The notes under the pieces are model-generated. The model searched no databases. It was not told the DNA's origin and saw only the letters and a list, made by a program, of their open reading frames with translations. A stretch of DNA of 57,333 bases, filler included, from Sphacelaria rigidula (lineage: Eukaryota): the NCBI GenBank assembly GCA_964200075.2. It is 6 parts of 6 records of this genome, joined end to end, with 100 filler letters (N's around TTAATTAATTAA, not from the genome) between each part and the next. Parts side by side here need not be neighbours in the genome. Positions count along the whole stretch, not along the records: positions 19,146 to 28,617 come from CAXNAA020008413.1; positions 28,718 to 38,189 come from CAXNAA020008414.1; 4 more parts are not named here. The stretch is one strand, 5' to 3'. Within the stretch, counting starts at the first letter, position 1; the number at the start of each line of letters is the position of its first letter. Of the stretch, positions 25,900-37,761 are shown piece after piece. A program made the position numbers and the translations under genes.

Positions 25900-26055
25900 C
25901 GAAACATGTTGTACATTATGTCTGACTACAGTATTTTGTTTTCCCCATTTTGCAGTAGGCGAGCTTATCAGAGAATGTCTTCACGAAACATGTTGTACAT
26001 GATGTCTGACTACAGTTTTTTTTTTTTTCATTTTTCAGTAGGCGAGCTTATCAGA
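25900..26055. repeat. 84-bp-period direct repeat in RepHel intron 1
   Basis: cgaaacatgttgtacat.atgtctgactacagt...cagtaggcgagcttatcaga twice. Confidence 0.85.
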
Positions 26056-26976
26056 TAGTTTCTTACTATACTATCTTTCGGACCGAAATATGAGAGAAAA
26101 TGTTTGAGTAGAGGTATCTCAAACTCGGTTCCCGGTTTCCTTCAATTACTTGTGTTCTATGTTTTCAAGCGGAAGTTGTGGCGAATCATCGGATGATGAG
26201 ACCCTTTGACTGCCGGGTCAGGTCCACCTATGAATTGCCATCACTTCCACTTCAAAAGTCAAGAGTTGATACAAAACCCAGTAACCGAGTTTGAGGTACC
26301 TCTAGTAAATCGTGTTTTCTCACATTCGTGTGCGGACGAACATGTGCAGGGAAAAAAGAAAGCGGCGATGTGTTATGTCGTGATTCAAACAATCGCAATT
26401 GGAGGATTTGATCTCGGCCCTCACCTATCCATAGCAGCCTTTGACAAAAATCACACTCCTCGCGCGAGTCGAGCGTGTGCTGCGGCCACAGATTGTCCAG
26501 CGTGTCTTCGAGTGCAGCACGGCACATGCTGCCGTGTACGGTGGAGGCACCGACCGGTGGTCGGCGGCAACCCAGCCGACCGTCGTCTGCTTGTTCGGCG
26601 TTTCGCCGCGCCCGCCTGAGCTGTAAAGCTGAGTTTCGCCGCAGTGGATCATTCTCTCTCTGTTCTGCATCAATGCGGGCCTGGCGCTGGGCTGTGTCCC
26701 GCGCTCGAGATTGTTCCCTCGCTCGTTGATGCCTCTCGTGCAGGAGGACGTTCCTCCGAGCCCGCTGCGCATCTTCAGCCGCAGAGGACATGACGTGTTA
26801 CCTCGAACGTGACAGTCCGCTACTATGGAGAGGACAGAGAAACAAATGTTTGGTGACGCTACGACAGGGGTTTCACTTTGGACGGGAAAATATTTATCAG
26901 GGTTTTTGGCGGTCATTTTGAGAGTCGGCACTCTTTTTCCTTGAAGAAGACTGAAAATGATTCCGATTCACGAGCA

Positions 26977-27461
26977 GTCGATGGCGGCGATGGTGGAAAC
27001 CCCAGCTCTTCTCTAGCCTTTTCCTCTGCCATTTGCGCGGTGATTTGATCAGACATCCCCGATCCCAGCTCGGCTTCTCGGGGAGTAATTTTTATTTCTT
27101 TATAGATCTGGGTGTATGCCTGCACCCTCTCCTCCTTGCTCAGGCCTTTCCACCCGACGTCCATCCTCGCCAGGTATATGGGCACCAGAGTCCGCGCCAC
27201 CGCTGCGGCGCAGGCAGCGCGGGCCTGCCCCGCAGCGGTGGCGCGGACCCTAGCGCCCATACACCTGGCGAGGATGGACGTCGGGTGGAAAGGCCTGAGC
27301 AAGGAGGAGAGGGTGCAGGCATACATCCAGATCTATAAAGAAATAAAAATTACTCCCCGAGAAGCCGAGCTGGGATCGGGGATGTCTGATCAAATCACCG
27401 CGCAAATGGCAGAAGAAAAGGCTAGAGAAGAGCTGGAGTTTCCACCATCGCCGCCATCGAC
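26977..27461. repeat. Long near-perfect inverted repeat (arms about 239 bp, 7-nt loop 27216-27222)
   Basis: 26977-27215 pairs with 27223-27461 with 8 mismatches counted by eye. Confidence 0.95.
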
Positions 27462-28004
27462 GGCGCATGGTGCTGCCGGTGCTGGTGGGCGAGGGCGGGG
27501 GTGGGGGCGGCATCAGGCCTCACCCTCGCAGCGCACACAGTCATCCCCTTCCCCGCCCACGCATTCATCCTCTTCCCCGCGGCCGTCTCCCCGATTCAAC
27601 ATAGACATCGGAGACGATTCAACATAGCCATCGGAGATTCACTATACAACCACGAAGTCCGCAGAATAATAATACGAAAATATCGGTGTTTCATCAACAC
27701 CACCAGGGCTAGTAAATAAAATGCCGTTTGCTGTTGGAACAGTGGGGCCGAAGCTGGTAGGAGTCTGCGGGCATTGTACCAGGCAGAAGTCTGCGGGCAT
27801 TGTGTCAGTGCAACCAATAAAGCGGTGGGAAGATTCAGCTGTAACATAACTACAGCAGGCGGCGTGTGAACGGAGCAGTGATTAATCGCCCGCTGGGGTT
27901 TTGTTATGAAAAAGCGGCGAGCAGTTTTGCTTGCATGGATTTTTCACCCGATCTTCAAGAGAAGTCTGATTGTTATGTCCCAGCGGGTAGCGGAGGCCCT
28001 TTTT

Positions 28005-28345
28005 TTCGAAAATTTCACCGCGGGCAGGGGACGTGAAAAATATTTCCAAACCTGTACTGGCAGGGGAAGCCATTATTTTTTGAAAATGGGACGGAGGGCA
28101 GGCGGGCAGGGGCTTTTTTAAAATGGGACGGCGGGCAGGTGAAATATGTTCCCAAACCATTTTTTGAAAATGTGACGGCGGGCAGGTGAAGAATATTCCC
28201 AAGCCACTTTTTGAAAATGTGACGACGGGCAGGTGAAAAATGTTTCCAAACCTCTGCCCCTTTTTTTCCAAATGGGACGGCGGGCAGAGGATGTGAAAAA
28301 ACCTCTACTGGCAGGGGAGGCAATTATTTTTGAAAATGGGCCGGC
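28005..28345. repeat. Minisatellite of about 40-50-bp units (TTTTGAAAATGKGACGGCGGGCAGGTGAAA...)
   Basis: About 7 degenerate copies in the Helitron 5' subterminal region. Confidence 0.85.
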
Positions 28346-28537
28346 GCCTTTTTCGTGGCCTTTTTGCCGTTTGTGGGTTGAACTGCTCCGCCTTTTTTGT
28401 GACTCTTGCCGAGCCGTTTACTTTGTTGTAGTAATGGATGGTTGGTTTTGATGTAAATTACTGTTCCGAGAAGGATCACACGACTTACTTGATTCCAGTA
28501 CCAAGCGGGGGATCATATAGGCTAATAATACATTTGG

Positions 28538-28539
28538 TA

Positions 28540-28571
<32 letters not shown>

Positions 28572-28587
28572 TAATAATAATAATAAT
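28538..28587. repeat. (TAA)n microsatellite
   Basis: Direct reading. Confidence 0.95.
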
Positions 28588-28589
28588 GA

Positions 28590-28617
28590 CTAGTGGTGAC
28601 CCACGGCTGATGCACGT
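28590..28617 (-). mobile_element. 3' terminus of a second, related Helitron, cut by contig end
   Basis: ctagtggtgacccacggctgatgcacgt closely matches ctagtggtaagccacggctgacgcgcgt at 19230. Confidence 0.8.
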
Positions 28618-28717
28618 NNNNNNNNNNNNNNNNNNNNNNNNNNNNNNNNNNNNNNNNNNNNTTAATTAATTAANNNNNNNNNNNNNNNNNNNNNNNNNNN
28701 NNNNNNNNNNNNNNNNN
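28618..28717. other. Artificial contig linker
   Basis: Same 100-nt spacer. Confidence 0.98.
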
Positions 28718-28804
28718 CATCGCTGAAAGTGTGGGGAAAGCACTGTTCTAGGGTTGAACCTCATCTCGAAGTTAAACCTCAATCCGCACAATTTGTTGTT
28801 ACTT

Positions 28805-29140
28805 ATGTTCAACTCCGAGTGAAATACCCGTCCGTGCTCGTCCCACGTGACTTGTATCGACACCACAGCAGCTGCAGTACACTCACACAGTTCGTAGCCA
28901 TCGTTCAAGCTGTCGTGCGGTGCAAACGGCTTCGTGGCGAACGAGAAACGCGCCTGCTACACACAGTGCCTGAAAATACCGCCACTCGACTGGAGTTGGA
29001 CATCATGAGCTACTGTATGTTCAACTCCAGCGAGTGGAATACCTGTTTGCGCTCGTCCCATGTGCGTTGTATCGACACTACAGCAGCTACAATATACTCA
29101 CGCATTCGTAGCAACCGTTCAAGCCATCGTGGGGTGCAAT
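28805..29140. repeat. About 1.5 inverted copies of the 231-bp satellite unit
   Basis: Reverse complement of units at 29839-30050. Confidence 0.8.
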
Positions 29141-29585
29141 GCTAGAGCACGCGGGAGCAGTATCACGATGTTGTAGCCTTTGGGACTAGATATACAACAG
29201 CGGCCTTCTTCCTCGTAGCTCGTACAGCCGTGGGAAATCGATCCACTAGTTATGTGTCGAGGACATCGCCGGTGAGACGAAGAAAAGGTCGATTCATGGA
29301 GCCATCTTCGCGGCTGGTACGCGTTATCCGCACTTCATTACCAACAGCCCAAGGTTACAAGGGCAGAGTACGTAAATAACGTTCGACGCGAGGCAGCTGA
29401 GCAACGTCCACATTCCCGTTCATTGAACACGGTCAGTACTGTAGATACATTCTCATTACGCTAGTCAGAACCTCAGTGCATCGCCGAACAATGCGGGTAA
29501 AAGGCTGTTAGCGTTTGTCTGCAACGCGACCACCATCAATCGCAATCACGTGATTATGTGCTCCCATCCCTCCAGCCAACACAGC

Positions 29586-30770
29586 TCATGTCCAAGTTAC
29601 CTACGTCACGTTTTTGACGAAGGCAATGTCCAAGTCCAGTCCGGTGCAGATGTATGTTTTGGTCGTGTGTGCAGCAGGCATGTTTCTCCTCCGCTTCGAG
29701 GCCGTGTGCACCCCACGATGGCTTGATTGAATGATGACAACGGAATGTGTGAGTGTATTGCAGCTGCTGTGGTGTCGATGCAAGACACATGGGACGGGCA
29801 CGAACAGGTATTCCACTCGCTGGAGTTGGACGTGAGCTATGTCCACCTCCAGTCGGGTGGCGGTATTTTTCGGCACCGTGTGTAGCAGGTGCGTTTCTCG
29901 TCCGCTACGATGCCGTTTGCACCGCACGATAGCTTGAACGATGGTTACGAACCGTGTGATGAGTGTATTGCAGCTGCTGCGGTGTCGATACAGGTCACAT
30001 GGGACGAGCACGGACGGGTATTTCACTCGCTGGAGTTGGACATGAGCTGTGTCCAACTTGCGACTTTGACACAGTAGCTTATGTCCATCTCCAGTCGCTT
30101 GGCGGTATTTTTTTGCACTGTGCAGCAGGCGCGTTCCTCGTCCACTACCATGCCGTTTGCACCCTGCGGTGGCTTGAATGGCGACTACCGACTGTGTGAG
30201 TGTATTGCAGCTGCTGTGGTCTCGGTGCGAGGCACGTCAGACGAGCGTGGACAGATATTTCAATCGCTGGAGGTGGACATAAGTCATGTCCAACTCGCAA
30301 CTTGGTACCCTATGTCCACCTCCAGTCGCTTGGCGGTATTTTTTGGCACTGTGCAGCAGACGCGTTCCTCGTCCACTACCATGCCGTTTGCACCCTGCGG
30401 TGGCTTGAATGGCGACTACCGACTGTGTGAGTGTATTGCAGCTGCTGTGGTGTCGGTGCGAGGCACGTCAGACGAGCGTGGACAGATATTTCAATCGCTG
30501 GAGGTGGACATAAGTCATGTCCAACTCGCAACTTGGTACCCCATGTCCACCTCAAGTCGGTTGGCGGTATTTTTTGGCACTGTGCAGCAGACGCGTTCCT
30601 CGTCCGCGACGAGGCCGTTTGCACCATGTGATGGCTTTCACAATGGCTATGGGCTGTTTCAGTGTATTCCGGATGTTGTGGCGCCGATGAAAGGCACGTG
30701 AGACGAAGGCGGGCGGATAGTCAAATCCTAGCTGGAGGTGGACATAACGAGTTCCAAGTCGCGACTTGCA
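29586..30770. repeat. Tandem array of about five 210-240-bp units (231 bp in the youngest copies)
   Basis: Units start atgtcca.ctccag at about 29627, 29839, 30081, 30312, 30543; 30081-30311 and 30312-30542 nearly identical. Confidence 0.92.
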
Positions 30771-32171
30771 CATAACAAGGGCCGTGAGGGCCGTTATTTT
30801 CGACACAGTTTTTGGAGAGATCGCCAAGATTTTAGGCGTTTTCGCACCTTTTTCCCAACCTTCTCTCAAAATGAAGCGGCGAGATTTTTTTGCCAAGCCT
30901 TCACGCTTGGCGAGTGTCTAATATTTCGGACCCCACCACAATACTCCGCGGAGCTGCCCTTGGGCGCACGCCGCGGCGCTCGCAAGAATGCGAGAATCAT
31001 CAGGAACGTTGCTAGTGGTACACTGGGCTATATCGTGGAGTGAAAAGCACAGCGGGTAGGCGGTATCTATCGCCTTAGACGATGTGTGCCCCGGCAGCGG
31101 TGTTGGAGCTGCTGGGGCCAAGCACGGTGGTCGTCGTTTGCATACACACGCACTTTCGAAGCGAAGAGCAGGAACAATCCAGTAGCCACCTACTTGCCTG
31201 CTGTGCTCCTACGAGGGTACGCTACCACACCGTCTGAAAAGTGTCTAGCTAGTGGCTTGATTGGGTATATCTGCGCATGCAACTCACAGAAAGCAAGCAT
31301 GCTGCAATCTATGCACGGGGCTTTCCATATACGGTATTTTTACTCATGTGTGCTGCTGCAACATCTCGAGAGAGCCGGTCGATCACGCCCTAGCCTGTCC
31401 GACTGCCCCCCCGTGTCACAGAGAGGTTGTAAGAGATATGTTTACCACAGTTATGAACGCCATACATGGGCAGGTAGCATAACCCTGTCCTTTATTTTGC
31501 CGGAGAAGGCAAGTAAACGACGAGATCAGCACCATCTGTACTGAGATATCAAACAACAGTAGATCTAGATAATAACGAGCCCTAGGCGAATGCCGAAATT
31601 TCAAATTTCAGGCCTTCTCCCACTTTGTTTTTTTGTCGATGATAAAGGCCCTAGTTACTTGTAGCATAACTCTCTTTCATCCATAGACATGATCTGCACC
31701 ACAGCAGGCTTCTCGCAACCAACCACGCGCCTCCGGCACCCGTCGCGAGAAAAGACGCATTCCTTGACCGTCGAGGGGTTTCACAGTGTAACAGTGTAGA
31801 GCTGTGCGCAGTACCTGGTGTGGCCAACTAAGTAACGCATGTACGGTAGAGCGGCAGCATGTTGCAAGATTATATCAAGTCAAGTTCCGCTATTTGCGCC
31901 GCGCCTGCCCGGTTGGACGCGTATCTACTGTTGCGGACTGCATATATTCGAAACATGAATCCCGCGGCTCATAGATATGCCGGCTGCACATATGACAAAA
32001 GGATCGGTCTGGGGGTGTGTGTGTGAACTGCGACCATGCACGCACGCACCTGAAGTGTAGAGAAGTGGCATCATCGTCGACAGTAGCAACAACAGCAGTA
32101 ATAGGGCAGCAACCGTCTTGTTTCCCCACCTGCTGCTCAAGTTGTAGCGGATACCGATTGTATATGTAGAT

Positions 32172-32385
32172 GGCCGGTCGCCCCGGTGGCTCAGTTAATA
32201 CCCTCGAAACCTTCTGACCGTTGGGTCAATTCTCGGAGCGATCTGAGATTGTTTCTCACACAGTGCTCAACGGTGGAGAGCGACCATGTCGTGGGTACAC
32301 AAAATTCGACTCAAGGGTCGACGAGGGAAAGGGACTGCTAAACCCCTCTCGCGATAAAAAAGTAAAGGCAAGCACTGCAGAAGGA
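32172..32385 (+). mobile_element. tRNA-derived SINE (degenerate B box, body present)
   Basis: ggccggtcgccccggtggctcagtt head; body gatctgagatt..tctcacaca.tgc.caac.gtggagagc shared with 8183 copy. Confidence 0.7.
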
Positions 32386-33039
32386 AGGTGACATACTAAG
32401 AAATAGATGAAAATAAAAAGCTCCTGTGTGGCCTCAGCTGGTGCGCCAAAAGGTGTAGACCGGCGCCCAGAATAAATGAAACGACATCACACATTTCTAG
32501 GGAGCTGAACGACAATCAGTGAATAGCTGAACGTTGTGAGGGGCCAGGGGCTCGGGTGATGCACGCCAAATTGGAACACAACACCCATATGCTAATAGAA
32601 TAGAACCTTTCGCACGTGCCACGCGTCCTTCGAAATGCCTACTACATATACAGTCGGTATCCGCTATAACACTTGCGCTCGACGATGATGACGGTTTAAT
32701 ATCCTGATGTGGCGGAATTTCGCCCGACGGAATTTTTCCCAACGGCAAACTTTCCGCGGCTGTACATCCCGCAGCAGCGGCACCAGGTAACCGTCGCCGA
32801 AAGCGTGGGATACGTAGCAAGGAGGGTAGAACTACCAAGTATTTGCACGTGCGAAAACATGAGAAACGATGCGGTAGGGAAACCGATCGAGGCATGTCGG
32901 GCTGCTGCCCCCCGAACCATGTCTGATCATAAGCACGCACGGAGAAATGTCAATTTCACAACGGAACTATATACATACTTGGATGTAAAAGGGCAGAGAA
33001 GAAAAAGAAGAAACGCGTCGCTCGGAAAACGAGGCGCAG

Positions 33040-33210
33040 GAGACGAGCAGACGGGAGGGCTGCCGACAAGGGGGAAAAGACTGCGAGGGCGAGGGTCATA
33101 ATCGGCGAGCTTACTCAAGGCACCTACAATGTTCGCACGCTCGCCATCAAAGGTGACGCTCGGAGCGGCATTGGCCGCAGCGAAATTATCCAGAAACCTC
33201 GTAACAATCG
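33040..33210 (+). mobile_element. LINE (RTE-like) apurinic endonuclease N-terminal fragment
   Basis: Translates GELTQGTYNVRTLAIKG..GIGRSEII; TxNVRTL is the first conserved APE motif. Confidence 0.55.
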
Positions 33211-33994
33211 GTTCTCAAAAATGGGGTTGAACACAAATAATGAGGTTCAAACGGCAGGAATTGTGCGGAAAAGGTACGCCAAGAAAAGACATTTCCCCCC
33301 CCCGAAAAATCTGCAACAGTTTGGCAGGTGTGGCTAGGTGCATGGGAAGAATGCGGTGTACACGCGTATCGATGGTCGATGACGATATCACCTGAGGAGC
33401 AACGGCGGAGAGGAAGCTCCTCGTCCGTGCCCTATGCGTGTCCTCGCTCGGCGGTTCCCAATAGCTCAAGAGATTAACACCGTGTTACCAGGACATACCC
33501 AATTTTCTATGTGCCGGCAGGCGGAATATTGCTGCATAGCCCCCCAAAGGACACCGAGGTGCCGAGGGGTGTCGTCTCTCCGAGTCTGTGGCGCTGACCA
33601 ACGCAAAGTTCGAATCCTCTCTGCCTCCTTATCTGAATAGAATACGCCTCTGTGCACTGCAGAACACGCCGTCGAAAGGAGGGCGATGTTCCCGCCACCG
33701 GTACTGTTCTCCGTCACACATGTGCCAGCAAGGACGGTGTTGGGCGATAACAAGATTCAACCGCAACTTGGGGGATGTCATTTATCATCGTTGAATGCGT
33801 GCGCGACGAGGACTAGAGCGTACCACACGCCAGTTGGGGGGATCGAACACTTGTGGAGACCTCCTTGTCATGCGGAGTTAAGAACGATACCTCTGGCGGT
33901 GATCAAACTGCTGCTGGCGTGACCCAACCTAGGGGTGCCGTCATGTCGTAATCTGGAGCACGCGTTGCGTGGGTGTGGGTATCTTCCTAAATAT

Positions 33995-35120
33995 TGCATG
34001 TGAGGAGGTCACCCATTACAAGCCGGGGCGAGATTATGGTTTCACAAGGGACGCAAGTGCTTCATGATCAACCACTTGCCGTTACATTCGTGACCCACGC
34101 CATCAACCAGCAACTGCAAAGGTCTTGCCTAGGGATAGTTTTCAAGCAGCGCTGGCAGCAGTACGTGAGACGAACCCGGACATAGCCTGTAGCTAGTTTT
34201 CGTTGCGGTACTGATTGTGCAATCACCGTAGCATCGACACTGATGGTTGTAAGTGAAACAGTTCCGTTTTCTTCACTCAATTGTACAGGATCATAACACC
34301 CCTGAAGAGCTGCAGAAACGCGCCCACTTGGGGTTCGGTCAAACGTGCGGAGATGCTGTCGGAACAGTATACAACCTCTTCTGGGATTGGCACAAAGAAA
34401 TCAGTATAGAGCCGAACTGAAATAGATACGTTTCAAGGACAGGTCGAGTAGAGTATACTCAATTGTGGGGGATTTGAAATTTCTTGGGGTACTTAAATTA
34501 GGGGAGAGTGTTGGGGGTCGTACCAAAAACAAAACCTGGGAAGCGATTCGGAACCCTATCCTAATATGTGTACTTCAAGTACGACTTTCGAAATACCCCG
34601 CAATTGAGTATACTCTACTGGACTTACCCTTTGATATGTTTGCGTTCAAAATAGAAAATTGTGCAAATAAAACGCGTAGCAAGTGGAAAGACGTGGAATC
34701 GCAATCGGAGAAAACTCTCTGTGCCCATCAACGTCCCCTAGAGCTTACAAAAACCCTGTCGACGTTTTTTCAATACTTGGCGGGGAGCGGGGAAGGCGCA
34801 ATCCCGCAGTTTGTGGCAGGCGTTTCGATCCTTCGCAATGAGTTGAAAATAGAACTGTTTCATCCACATTGTAAATCTCCATGCTTCGGTGATTGCACAG
34901 TCAGTATCGCAGCGAAAGCTAGCTACAGGCTGTGTCTGGGCTTGTCTAACGTACTGCTGCCAACGCTGCTTGAAACCTATTCTTGGGCAAGTCATTTGTG
35001 GTGGCCGGTTGATGGCGTGGGTCACGAATGCAACGGCAAGTGATTGATCACAGAGCACTCATGTCCCTCGTAAAACCATAATCTTGCCCCAGCTTGTGAT
35101 GAGTGACCTCCTTACATTCA
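33995..35120. repeat. Diverged inverted repeat with about 290-bp arms (33995-34285 / 34835-35120)
   Basis: cacttgccgtt.cattcgtgacccacgccatcaacc and ttcaagcagcg.tggcagcagtacgt occur in opposite orientations. Confidence 0.85.
34433..34634. mobile_element. MITE family C, about 200 bp
   Basis: TIRs tcaagg..aggtcgagtagagtatactcaattgtgggg / ccccgcaattgagtatactctactggacttaccctttga. Confidence 0.75.
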
Positions 35121-36026
35121 ACCGGGCACCCTCAGAGTGTAGATCAAGTGGTGTACTATAGCAAAGGTGGTGGCTTGAGGTAGCCAAGAAGAGAATGTTC
35201 TGGGTGGCGTCGTCGGAGAGCGATCCCACATCGCCACATCCTTACGAATGTCCTCCAACACGTAAAATGCGGTGGAAAATCCCTACGCATGTACCCAACC
35301 AAAACTCCACACGTCAAGCACATGACTTCTTTATCGTAGATCCTCCAATCGTAGATTTTCCCCCACGGATTCAGTTCGCACAAATACTCCTCCCAAACTG
35401 ATATATCTGCACACAGACTCTCAAAAACAGTAAAGGTGAAAATTTGGCCATGCAAAAACCAACTTCCCTGTTTCACACCCCATATCAACCAAACATATCG
35501 CATGCAAAAAAATCACACCAACTCCTGCCCCGAAAATAATAATAAAGCATCTTGCGAAAATTCAGGCGTGTGATCAGAATCTGGTGAGAATCTCCACACT
35601 TCGAAAATGAAATAGCATTTCTCATGCAAAACACACACCATACATCCACGTAACATATACCGATAGATATTACAGCCCGTCACGAACGTCGGCTGATGTA
35701 AATGCACTCACTCCACGCAAGAAAAGACCGTACTAACCCATGTCTCACTAAGTAGCGAGCGTGGTTCGAATTCAACAAGCACACAATTACATCCCATACA
35801 CAAGACCTCAGACGCATCCGGCTCGTGACGTACACTGGCAAATGGGTAATTTTTGAAGCCTTTACATCAATTTCTCGTAAAATACTACCCTCGAAACAGA
35901 ACTAACGCAACGGACTTCAAAGGGCAGGTTCTGCATACTGCACCCGACACAGATTTTCCGAAATGCAGAAAATATTTCCAACAGTCCTCCCGGTCAGCCC
36001 CCCCTCCCTCTAGCTTTTGTAAGTAT

Positions 36027-36273
36027 TGCGACGATAGGGGGGGGAGGGGTATTTTGGGCCGTTTTCGTCCACGAAGTTTTACCTGCAATCGTCGTTGATA
36101 GCAACAACAGTAGTTCGAACGCGCTTGCATTCGATTTGTAACTCTCACTCATACTGTTTGACATCGCTTATACCCAAACACATTCGCACCCCCAGTGTGT
36201 TGGGCCGTCTGACGCACCTCTGAGCCCATTTTTTCGTGAAATCATCCCCCCCCACACACACACATCGTAGCAT
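36027..36273. mobile_element. MITE family A
   Basis: tgcgacgataggggg ... atcgtagcat; interior similar to 4090-4334. Confidence 0.7.
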
Positions 36274-37346
36274 GACTGTTATCTGCTTCCGAAACGCGAG
36301 AAAGGGTTTCTGTATCCACGAGCTCTCTTTTTTCTTTTCTCTGCATTCTCCACCAGAAATACTATAAAAAAACGGACAGGAATTTTGTGGTTCTACGGCT
36401 CATTCGGACACGCAAGGCCAGGACATGCGGGAGGGACGCGGGGAAATATGCGTATCAGCCTCACGTGTAACCATGCTGGAAGCAACCCATCTTCTCCGCC
36501 ATTCAGTTTATCCTCCCACCGAAATAAGCAACTTCTTGAATTCATCTGTCCACCGACAGGCACAATCAAGTCGTATCATACTGCACTTTCCCTCTGGCAT
36601 GAGGTTTTGGCTCCTCCTCAACTTCATGATTGAATCGGTACGCATCTTTGTAGTTCAGTATCTGCGCTGCACGTCTCCTACAATCGCTCCCAAAAATGTC
36701 GCCGTACCCGTGTTCTTGGCGCAACTGTCACCTGTTCGTCATATTTCTTTGTCTTCGCTTACGCTACAACAACCAACCAAATGTCAACGTTCCTGTCTCC
36801 ATATTTTTGCTTGAACAGTCTATCGGATATTATCTTCGCTGCAATTTTGGTTTCGCTACTATAGTCAAACTTTCATTGCTGTACTCTGCGATTGTCTTGT
36901 ACAGTAAGAGTTCTTCAATCACCGTAATTCTGCGACAATCCTCCAGTGTCGACGTTTACCACATCACCGTACTCCCTTGCGTTTCCTATCATAGTCAACA
37001 AAAACACTTGTGCCACGCACGTCCCCTACAACAGTCATGATCTGCAACTGTTATGCCGGTGAATGAAGGCCTTGCCGACCAAAGATCTGTTGTCAACAAC
37101 AAAAAAACGCGGAGAGATACTGAAGACGTAGTGAAGACGTTATAGACTGGTCGGACCTGTGCCGAACATGACACACGTTCCATCCCAAGGTACCTAGGTC
37201 TAGTATGCGATAGCTATAATTTTTCATCGCATACTTCTCTAGACAGGAAGCAAACCGACCTGTGGCACTCCACAGCCCCCGCACACACACTAGACGTATT
37301 CAACCGGTGCATCCGCAAAAAACGGTGCTTCCACACAACATATAAA

Positions 37347-37640
37347 TTACCTCCTCAGATGCCGCGGCTTCTGCATTGAACACAGAGACGAGTCTCCCTC
37401 GCCCGACTCGTTAATCGCTACGACCCCATCCTCGCTGGCCTTGCAATTCACTTCGCTGTGCCCTCTTTCACCGGACCGGAAGCATCGTCTCTGCGAGCAG
37501 CTTCTGGCTCGATGTATCGCTTTTTCACACACATAGCAACGAAACAGCGCGAGATCAGCACCCGAGCTTCTCGTCGATCCTGTCTGATCACCATCATCAT
37601 CTTGGCCCTGCGTCGCCTCTACGTCTGTCCTCAGGCCTTT
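37347..37640 (-). mobile_element. LTR retrotransposon (Copia-like) gag relic with two CCHC zinc knuckles
   Basis: CYVCEKAIHRARSC and CFRSGERGHSEVNC (CX2CX4HX4C; second one mutated). Confidence 0.55.
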
Positions 37641-37761
37641 CCACCACAGCGCGAACCACTGGCCTTTCGTGACGACGGCTCCGTCAGTGGCCGACCCTTT
37701 GGCCCATTCAAGCAACTGTTTCCAGTATTTTCCGCCATCCTCCCCCCCCCTTTCAACGCCT

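Larger units (their letters stand above)
19562..26791 (-). pseudogene. Helitron RepHel (Zn finger, Helitron_like_N, HUH Rep, PIF1-family helicase), intron-containing, with stops and frameshifts
   Basis: Motifs CDFC..W..CCGKGKV; FATFTCNP|SWPEI; DRPDIVSRVF; VIE|FQKRGLPHAD; VVPYNP; HINVE; KYVYKG; GPGGTGK; GGDFRQ|VLPV; RRQFP..FAMTINKAQGQS; HGQLYVAISR. GT-AG introns at 25287-26424, 23804-24037, 23450-23642, 21179-21357. Confidence 0.92.
19230..28589 (-). mobile_element. Helitron (rolling-circle transposon), near full length, decayed
   Basis: Minus-strand 3' end: hairpin GCCACG-N9-CGTGGC, short spacer, CTAG followed by T (19230); contains RepHel; 5' boundary uncertain (candidate TC at 28589-28588). 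Confidence 0.9.

Noticed and set aside
26913..27627. Two HMG-box-like genes on opposite strands
   Set aside because: The mirror ORFs result from the palindrome; the WKGLSKEER resemblance is too short to call a domain
30081..30701. 206-aa repeat protein ORF
   Set aside because: Open only because the 231-bp unit is a multiple of 3; older units change length and frame; no recognisable motif or splice structure
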